Origin: Marsupella aquatica
Lineage: Eukaryota; Plantae; Marchantiophyta
Assembly (NCBI GenBank): GCA_973895155.1
Contig: OZ316896.1
Location: forward strand, 372,001 to 436,000
Direction: 5' to 3'
Length of the DNA: 64,000 nt
Under the pieces are notes generated by a model. That model had not been told where the DNA came from, ran no database searches, and saw nothing but the letters and a program-made list of their open reading frames with translations. Made by a program: the position numbers and the translations under genes. Shown here piece by piece: positions 26,217 through 36,570 of the stretch (the first letter of the stretch is position 1; every line of letters starts with the position of its first letter).

Positions 26217-29200
26217 TGTTAGACTCTACCTGGTGACCGGACGACCGGATCAGCCAATCACCGGACCGGCACCACTATATGTACCAAACGCCACAGGCTA
26301 TACACCATTCATTCCATTATCACACGTTATCAACACGAGGACTCAGCCAACGGAACCAAGAAAAAAGAAGAAGAAAAGCTATGGAAAATGGAGCAACTTT
26401 AAGTGGCTGAGCGTGGAGACTAAGAAATTTTTTCGAAGGGCCATACCGATTATAAGAATCGAAGAGAAAGAACAAGAACGTTTTTGCAGAGGTTACGAAT
26501 TTCCTCTACACCTAATTACGAACGCATTGCATAGGAATGTGGCTGAAACAGACGCGAGCCCCTTAGAAGATCGAAGGAAGAGGCAGCGCAGGACAAGGAA
26601 CCGGCGCTAGCAGAACCCCTTCGCTGCGCAAAACGAAGGACAGAGGGAAGAAAAGACAATTGAGACAGCCGAACTCAAGAGGAGATGGTGCGAATTGGAG
26701 CAATCATCTATTAGAGCCACTGAAGCATTATCGGATGAAACGACAAAGGAGCGCCATAACCCTATCGAAGAATTGAAAGAGAAAAAGAATGCCAAAAGCA
26801 AAGAGCGAGCACAACCCAAAACCAGAAAGCAGGAGGAGATAAGAATCGAGAGAGATTGGAGGAGATAAGAAGCAAGCAACGGCGAAAGGGTACTAGACTC
26901 GCGAGCAGACCGAAGCGAAACGACCTGTGAGATTTTGAGGATTGACATTGACAGGATTCCTGTAGCCCGAATGGAGAGAAATCCCAACAAATTTGAGAGA
27001 CGATCATGGTTCGCAATTGAAAAAGAAAGACGTTAAGAATAGAAGCGAAATAGTAGAAGGATTGCCAGTCGTTACCTGAGGACTGCACTGAGTGGGATTC
27101 GAAGAGAATCCATAAGGACCCGATAGCAAAAGCCCAAAAGAGAGGAAGGAACCAGCAACCTTGCCCCTTACGCTAGCAGCCAGGAAAATTGAAACAGCGA
27201 TAGAGCAACCGAGAACGGGATTTCTACAGAAGACCATCATAATGGGACAGCATAAGAACCAGATGGCGAAGCAGTAGACCCGCGAGCGAAACCACAGACG
27301 ATTTAGGAAGTGAAATTGAGGAAGCGCAAGAGCAGCGAAGCCCGAGCATAAGCAGATTCATAAGGACACCACAGGGAGACAGGCGAAAACATCCTTGAAA
27401 CAATCCAGTCCTTGAGGCCGTGGCGGCAGCAGAAGCGATGACCACATATCAGAACAAGACCGGGGCACAAACATGAGAATAGCAAGGAAGAGAAAAAGAC
27501 TTCCAATTCGAACAGCGAAGACAACCGCAACGCATCCATAAGGACAAGAGGCGCCACAGGAGCACCAAAAAAAGGAATAGAGGCAGAACACGCAACCTCA
27601 AGGCCCAAAATCATCGACAGAACGTCGAAGCAAGGCCAAACCGCTAAGTGCACCACCTATAACCGCAAAACCTCCATAATTGCATTTTGTAACAAAGAAA
27701 ATCAACCTTACAAAGCCGCATGTGCACTTAACCAAGGCACGAGTAAATTACCACCCATAACTGCACAAACTGCAAAACTTCATTACTGCACATTTTAACA
27801 AAGGAAAGAGCTAATACAAAGGAATTCTTGCAGTTATATATTTACAAAGACAACCTAAATACTAAGTGCAAACCCTAAAATTCTGCAAAAACCCAAACAT
27901 TCTTGCTTTACTCACCCACGACTTAGATTACTCTCCTCAACCCTTTCTCCACCATTACATGCGGCAAATGTGCAGTGTCTTTTGACTATATATATTATAT
28001 AAACACGCACAACAACGCTGCACGCGAGGACCTTAGAGATGACCAACCTCGAGAAACTTACCTTCCCAGCCCTAGAAATCGATGGCGGCAACTACCTAGA
28101 ATGGTCCATGAACCTAAAAGAAAACCTAACCTTGCTAACCCTACTCCCTGCAATAGGGCTCGCTCAACCCATCCTAGCCGGCGAACCACAACCAGACCCA
28201 TTAACTAAAGCCAACAAATCTAAGGCCCTTGTATTCCTTAGACGTCATATCATAGATTCCTACAAAGACAATACATGCACCTCTCAACCCCTCGTGAACT
28301 TGGACAGCGCTCCAAACCCGATTCGACCACCAAAAACTGGTTGAACTACCTAAAGCCAGGCAAGACTGGCTAAACCTGCGAGTCCAAGACTTTACCTCTA
28401 TTTCAGCCTACAATAGCAAACTCTTTAGAATAACATCAACCCTCGCACTATGTGGCGAGCCGGTCACAGATAAGGATCTGCTAGAGAAGACCTTGTCGAC
28501 ATTTCATTCATCGAATGTGTGGCTATCAACACAGTATCGAAACATGAAGTTCGGGCAATACTTCGAGCTCATAGCCCACCTCCTAGTCACCGAAAGAAAC
28601 CAAGAACTTCTTTTCGTAAACTCTAGAAAACGACCTACGGGCACAATGCCCCCAGGACAACAGAATGAAACCCATAACATAGAAAATGATGAACCCTCCA
28701 CATCGAGGCAAGGCATTAAGCGCACTAAGAATGGCAACCGTAGAAACAACCCCAACAGGGGGAGTTTTTTTAACCAACGTCCACAACACAATTTCTGACG
28801 GCCCTTTAGTGGACGAGGAGGACGTGGAGGACGCGATGGACGTGGAGGACACGATGGACATGGAGGATGCGATGGACGTGGCGGACGAGGAGGACGAGGT
28901 GGATGCGGTGGATGCGGCGGTGGAAGAACATATAACAACAACCGCCAAAATGATTGGTCACAATCCCGACCACAACGGGAGTGCCCAAAATGCCATGCAT
29001 GTGGCATGACCAACCACCTAGCCAGAAACTGTAGAATCTCGCAACACCTTAAAGAGCTATATCAACGATCCCTCAGGGACGGACAAACCTCTAGGGCACC
29101 ACCCCGTGAAACCCACGGGGAGTGTATGGAGTCTAGCGACCCATTCCAAGACTTTACAGATCTACCTGCCCAACCCGAGGCACACTTAGTGGCAAGTAGC

Positions 29201-32200
29201 TCCACAACCCAGATCTAAATAGTCACAGCACATGTATTATAGATAGTGCAACTACACACACTATCCTTAGGGATTGACATCTTTTTTACAAGATCACACC
29301 CTCACGTCGATCCCTAACCACTATCAATGGCCCTAGCCAAATAGAAGAGGGCTTCGGCCCAGCTTCCATTAGACTCCCGTAGGGCACAGCAATCCACATA
29401 GAATCTGCTATTTTCGCACCGAACGCAACACGTAATCTCCTCAGTTTTAGAGATATACAAGCGAACGGACTACATGTCTAGACGGGCGATACCAGAGATC
29501 AGGAGTGATACACTTGGTCGAAAATACCCCTACGGGGAGGATTATTAAAGAAACCATTTTCTCGTATCCCTGCGGGTTTTATGTAACACATATTGAATGC
29601 CTGCATAACAATGCCCAAACAAGTGAATTGCCCGCGCTTTGGCATGCATGCCTCGGCCACCCCGGCCAATCAATGCTAAGCAAAATAATTAAGAATTCAA
29701 GTGGCATTCCAATCAATACACGCCACATTCCAGCTAGCACCCCATGCACTGCATGCTCACGCGGCAAATTAATAACAAGGCCCACGACATCAAAATTGCC
29801 AACCAAAATACCCAAATTCTTGGAAATAATCCACGCTGATGTTTGCGGGCCAATTAACCCACCGAGTGGACCATTCCGCTACTTTATGGTATTAATCGAC
29901 GCATCCACTAAATGGTCAAATGTGACACTACTTTCAACGAGGAACATGGTTATGCCTCGCATCTTGGCGCAAATCCTGCGCGTGAAGGCACAATTCCCAG
30001 ATCACCCCATAAAGACACTAAGGGTGGACAATGCAGGGGAATTCACATCTGAAACATTTGACAACTTTTGTACATCACTTGGCATTGACGTACAATACCC
30101 TGTACCCCACGTGCACTTCCAGAATGGATTAGCCAAAGCGGTTATTAAACGACTTCAACTCATTGCACGCTTACTACTAATGCAATCAAAACTCCCTGTC
30201 TCAGCATGGGGACATGCCATATTACAGGCTAATGCATTAATTCAATACCGCCCATCGGCTTTTAATACCTATAGCCCATACCAAATCGCTAATGGTACAA
30301 AACCTGACCTATCACATCTTCGTTCATTTGGATGCCAAGTAATGGTCCCCATTACCCCACCCAAACAAACTAAGATGGGACCTCAACGACAGTTGGGGAT
30401 ATACATCGGATTCGACTCACCGTCCATAATCCGATATATGGAACCTACAACTGGCAATGTTTTTAAAGCCAGATTCCTAGATTGCCATTTTGATGAGCAT
30501 ATTTACCCATCATTAATAACCCCCGAACACCCACAGCCACCTTTGGAGTGGGAAAGACACTCGCCATTTTGGCAAGACCTTAGAACGAATCAAGGGGAGA
30601 AAGAAGTTCAACAAATTTTGCAACTCCACAAGATTGTGGAAGAACTTCCTGACGTTTTCGTTGACACATCACAACTTACCCGCTCACATATTCCAGCTAC
30701 GAGAGCATCTGCTCGCATCGAATTATCAAGTGAGCCAGCAAGTACATCCCAACCTCGTGCAAAACGAGGTAGACCCTTGGGATCAAAAGATAAACAACCA
30801 CGAAGGCGTGGTTCATCTATACCACCTTCACCTGATGTCGATCATACCGAATCTACATCTCAAGAAGAGATCTCTATCCACTACGCACACACAGGTGCGA
30901 TGTGGGATAGAAATACTACTTCAATAGATGATGCTTTTGCATTAATGGTGGCAACACATATTACTGACGAGACACCAGAACCAATATCCATCTTAGAATG
31001 CCAAAACAGACCAGATTGGCCTGAATGGCAAAAAGCTATAAATGGAGAATTAGATTCCCTACTCAACAGACACACTTTTGGCCCAGTCGAGCCAACACCG
31101 CAAGACGTACACCTAATTGGCTACAAGTGGACATTTGTCCACAAAAGAAATGATAAAGGCCAAGTTGTACGCTATAAAGCACGTCTGGTAGGGAAAGGAT
31201 TTACCCAACAACCGGGAATTCATTACGATGAAACTTACTCACCGGTTATGGATAGCACAACATTCCGATACCTTATCGGATTTGCCATTTTCCATAAACT
31301 ACAAATGCGACAACTGGATATTGCGACCGCATATCTATATGGAACTTTAGACACTTGTCTATACATGCGATCACCTCCCGAGTTGGAGCAACGTCGCCGA
31401 GCCCTAGCTCAAGGTGCTAAATCGCATATCCCATATTTACATAAGATTATAACACAATTATCTCAAGTTACACCTTATGTGTCATCTACACATGTAACTC
31501 ATAATAACGACACCACTGTGTCAACCGTACGGAATACTCGCCGCAGACTAGCTATCCGCGTGTTGAAGGCATTATATGGCCTGAAACAAAGTGGCAGAGT
31601 ATGGTATCAAAGATTTACTGATGAAATGCTTAACATGGGTTTTACCCATGATGCAATTACCCCTTGTTTATTTATTAAACATATGGATGACGAATATGTC
31701 ATCGTTTCTATCTATGTTGATGACTTAAACATATTTGGGACACCCCAAATTACCGAAGATACTATTACTCGTCTTAAATCAACATTTGAGATGAAAGACC
31801 TTGGACATATAAACTTTTGCTTAGGATTACAACTGGAGATCTTACCTACTGGCATGATGCTCCATCAAACCACACAAACTGAAAAGATCCTAAAATAGTT
31901 CAATATGAACCTAGCACACCCATTGACGTCACCAATGGTTGTACGTTCATTAGAAAACAATACTGATGTTTTTCGCAAATGCGAAGAACATGAACCACTA
32001 TTAGGACCAGAAACTCCGTATCTTTCTGCGATAGGAGCATTAATGTATCTAGCAAATCAGACACAACCAGACATTGCATTTGCAGTTAACTTACTAGCTA
32101 GACATAGTGCAACTCCCACAGCCAGACACTAGAATGGAGTTAAGCACCTATTTAGATATCTACGTGGAACCACCGATACCGGGTTATTTTACCCATTCGG

Positions 32201-33173
32201 TGCAAACCACGAGCTCATAGGATATGCGGATGCTGGATATCTCTCCGATACTGATACCGCAAAATCCCAAACTGGATATATTTTTACCATAGGGGGTACT
32301 GCTTTTTCTTGGAAAAGCGTGAAACAGACCCTAACAGCAATCTCATCAAATCACTCAGAAATCTTAGCCCTACATGAGGCTAGTCGTGAAGCCGTTTGGT
32401 TACGATCTTTTATAAACCACATCAACACCAAATGCAGCCTACCACCACTAACGAAGCCTACTAACATTTTTGAGGATAACGCAACATGTATACAGCAGAT
32501 CACGAAAGGATTCATCAAAGGTGATCGCGTGGAACATATAGCTCCGAAATTTTTCTACACCCACGAGTTACATGGAAAAGAGATCAACATTTTGCAGATT
32601 TCAAGTGCAGACAACTGTGCGGATCTCTTCACCAAATCACTATCGCCATCAGTTCACCACCGACACTGCCAGGCAATTGGACTACAGAGTGTGCGACGCA
32701 TGATGACCGTGGAGGCTACTGCTCCACATGATACTTGATGATGCTGACGACAGGATGCTGACGACATGCTGCTGATGACCCACTGATGAAACAAATGTTA
32801 AAGCTAGATTTACTATAGCATCTTACTTTATACACTATTGACATTTATAACGACGAGGACTGTTAAGCTGCACTCTTTTTCCTTTAGCACTCATATTTTT
32901 TTCTCTGCTACACTGGTAGAGTTTTTACTAAGCTAGAGTTGATAAAGGTTTTTTAATGAGGCAGTCTACCTCACTTGTACTTATATCATGTATTTCCTAT
33001 AAACATGATATAATAGGTATAGTCTATGTTGTCTACATAGTTGTCACTATATATCCAAAGGGGAGTGTTAGACTCTACCTGGTGACCGGACGACCGGATC
33101 AGCCAATCACCGGACCGGCACCACTATATGTACCAAACGCCACAGGCTATACACCATTCATTCCATTATCACA
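26217..33173 (+). mobile_element. Full-length Ty1/copia LTR retrotransposon, Bianca-type, with identical 108-bp LTRs
   Basis: LTRs 26217-26324 and 33066-33173 are identical. TSD GGTAA (26212-26216, 33174-33178), PBS GTTATCAACACG (26326-26337), PPT AAAGGGGAG before 33066. Gag start MTNLEKLTFPALEIDGGNYLEW is typical of the Bianca lineage. Confidence 0.96.
28039..32738 (+). pseudogene. Bianca-type copia gag-pol, disrupted
   Basis: Gag with RGG-rich tract and CHACGMTNHLARNC knuckle; protease IIDSATTH; integrase HADVCGP..VDNAGEF..HFQNGLA; RT RYKARLVGKG..ALYGLKQSG..IYVDDLNIFG; RNase H GYADAGY..HSEILALHEA. Several stops (e.g. 31896, 32130) and a gag frameshift. Confidence 0.93.
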
Positions 33174-34634
33174 GGTAATTCAATTTTGGTGTCTCGAGTT
33201 GAGATTGGTATCGTCTACTGACCCCAAAGAACAGTAAAATGACAAAGACATCGTCATGCAAAAAAAGTTGTTGGGTAAGATTTATCATTGGATAAAAGAG
33301 TTGTTGCTAACATATGGGGTGAACGTGAGAGACGGGATGGCAGCCAAGGCATGTGTAGTCACTCAACCCTTGGTGGAGGGGGACATCCACTGGTGGCCTC
33401 TGCTTGCCTCCTCTCCATTCCCTTCCTCGTCCTGCCAATGCACACATTGTACAATTGTTATTGAAACCATGCTGTATTCCTTGGGATAATTTGTTGTTGC
33501 AGAGATCCCATTATTTTGATCATATTCTTGTTGCATCCCTGTGATCGTTGTGGCCATGGTGTCATTCCGGCAAGGGTGTAGGGATGCAAGGGGGGTGACG
33601 CTAGCTGCAATGTTGCATATTCTAAAAATGGTCTCATGACAGGAGGAAGATCTACATCTATAATATAGAATCCCACCAAAAGAAGTCATCCCTCTTACAA
33701 ACTAGCTTTTGATGGGAACTCGTGTACACCTTTAGACTTATTCTATCACCTTTGTGAAGTGTGAGATTATCCAAAGTTGAGGCAACCTATAAACTGTGTA
33801 TAGATATATGAATAAAGAATTTATGATATCTATATAGAATTTAATGTACATGAGTGTATGTATAAAGAGGTACAAGGTGCAACCTACCCTAAGTCCAGCC
33901 CCTAAGTAAGGAGAGGGCAGGAAGACCAAGTAATTGTTTTTCATCCTAAACTATAATACAAGGTTGCGCCTTTTTATGAAGTGGTAGTCATTCAAATTAG
34001 CAGTATCCAAAAAATATTAATCATGTCAAAAAGAAAGAATAAAGGTTATATTAAATTTAGTGTGCACTAAAAAAGTAATGAATGCATTCCCAACAAGAAG
34101 GGAATCAAATGGGAGACACAAAAGGAGGGAGCCAATGGGGCACACAAAACAAGAGAGGGAATGTACATGCATGAGTATCAAGGAGTTTCCTAACCCATAC
34201 ACATGAAATATAAAAATACATAATATATATAATATTATGTATTATTACAAGTATTATAATATTGCAAAATATAATAATGATAGTAATTTAATTAAAATAG
34301 GTTAATTAAACACAATAGGTTAGATGACAAGGACAATGTCAAAAGCTATAATACAATTTTACTTTTTTTATAGTAGTCATTCAAATTTGCAATATCCCAA
34401 AAATGAAAAACATGAAAGAATGATTTCCTTTGTGAATGAAAATGGAGAGCAATGTTTCCAAGCAAAAAATGAATTGAATAGTACAAAGAAAATAAGGAGG
34501 GTCTCTAGCAATGCAAGAGTATCAAGGAGACCTCCCTTTACCCTGTAATCCTGATCCGGTCCCTTTACAAACTGAAAAAAGTGACAATCAATCTTGAATG
34601 TTCATCAAAACATAATTTTCTCCACAGTGTAACA

Positions 34635-36057
34635 TCTATCCATACACCCCTTCTAAAAATAAGTTCCTGCCCAAGTTACCCTTTAACTTTCCCATACCTG
34701 CCACAATGAAAAAATTTAATCAAAATTAAATTAAATTTATTCATATATAAATAATTCTAATTTTTGTGAAATAATTTCAAATATAAATAAAATAGAGATA
34801 AAATATTTTCTCATCTTGACATCTTTTCTTCATATTAAGATCTTCTCATCTCAAGATCTTTGCTCATCAGTCTTGACATATTTTCCTCACCTGGAGATCT
34901 TTTCTCACCTCGACATATATATTATATTTGTCACATTTTGCCATATTTTTCTCACCTGGCCATCTTTATCTCACCACAATATCTTTCTTCACCCTCAACA
35001 TTTCTTTTCATCCTGTCATCTTTTTCTCATCTCGCCATCTTTTTCTCATCTCGCCATCTTTTCTTGACATATTTTCTCACCTCAGAATGTTCTTCTCTAA
35101 TGTGACATATTTTTCTCACATTACCATCTTTTCTCTCCTTGACATATTTTTCTTAGCTCGAAATGTTTTTCTCTTATCGACATATTTTCTCACCTTGATA
35201 TATGTTCTCACCTTAACATGCATCATTTGTGCAATGCACAGGTAGCAGGCCCAAGATGTACTTAACAACATCTTTTATTTCACAACATCTTTGAGTAATG
35301 ACATACTTTATCTATTGACCATTTTGTACTTAACAACATCTTAATACTTAACGACATTTTTGGCATAATGACATCATTGCCGGCATGACATCTACCTACT
35401 TGACACAATTTTTTACTTGATGACCTTTTGGGCAACATGCCATCTTTGGCAAAATGACTTCTTTTTCTTAACAACATATTTTTATTTCATGACATCTTTC
35501 ACATAAGAACATCATTCTTGGGAAACACAACATATAATTCTCTTAAGAGCATTTTGGGCGCCACAACACTTTCCTCTTAGCAACATCTTGGGCGACACTA
35601 CATCTTGGACGCCACAACATCTGTTTTCTTAACAATATCTTGGGCACCATGATATCTTTATTTTAATGACATTTTGGGCGACACAACATCTTTTTTCTTA
35701 ACGACATTTTTTGTGCAATGCACGGGTATTTTCCCTCAACAATGTCTTGGCCTACACGACATCTTTTTCCTCAATGATGTCTTTGCCGAGACAATATCTT
35801 TTTTTCAACGACATCTTGGCCGACATGACAACTTTTTTGTCAACGACCTCTTGGCCAACACGACATCTTTTTTTCTCAATGATTTCTTTTCTCTCAACGA
35901 CCTCTTGGCCGACATGACATCTTTTCTCTCCACAACCTCTTGGCCGACAAGACATCTTTTCTCTCAACGACCTCTTGGCCGACACGACATCTTTTTTTTC
36001 TCAACAACATCTTAGCCGACATGACTTCTTTTGTGCAATGCACAGGTATTGAGCTAG
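34635..36057 (+). mobile_element. Non-autonomous Helitron-like element(s) with minisatellite interior
   Basis: Canonical 3' end: hairpin TGTGCAATGCACA (36032-36044) then CTAG|T (36054-36058). Further internal hairpin copies at ~35228 and ~35712. Interior made of ~19-22-bp repeats (TTTTCTCACCTCGACATC; CTTGGCCGACACGACATCTTT). Candidate A|TC 5' start at 34635 is uncertain. Confidence 0.6.
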
Positions 36058-36156
36058 TTTATTGATAGTTTTTCTCTCTTTTTTTTAGAAGGTTTCATTT
36101 CTTTCCATTTTTTGGGAGAGATTGGAACATACCTTTTGGGAGTTTGTTATTATAAA

Positions 36157-36570
36157 CTAGCCCAATGTCTCTCTGTTGCACAAAAGATGTTGAGGTGAAA
36201 AAATATGTCAAGGTGAAGAAAAGATGTCGGTGTGAAAAAAGTTGTCAATGAGAGAAAAAGATGTCGAGGTGAAGAATGTTGATGTGAAAAAAGTTTAGAT
36301 GAGAGATAAAGATTTCGAGGCAAACAAAAGATGTTGGAGTGAAAAATTTATCAGTGAGAGAAAAAGATGACAAGGTGCAAAAAAGATGTAAAGATGAGGA
36401 AAACATGTCAAGAAGAGAAACGATGTCAAGGGTGAGAGAAAAATGTCATGGTGAGGTAAAGAACACAAAAAAATGCATGTGCATTGCACAGAAGATGTTG
36501 AGGTAAAGGAAAGATGTTGAAAGGAGAAAAAAATGTTGAGGTGAGACAAAGTTGTCGAGGAAACACAAAA
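36157..36570 (-). mobile_element. Second Helitron-like 3' portion, facing the first
   Basis: The minus strand has the same TTCACCTCAACATC repeats, ending TGCAACAGAGAGACATTGGG-CTAG|T (CTAG at 36160-36157). An additional hairpin copy lies at ~36479-36490. Confidence 0.55.

Noticed and set aside
28504-29013. PPR/PPH-repeat and D/E-rich ORFs
   Set aside because: Alternative-frame and antisense shadows of the RGG-rich gag tract.
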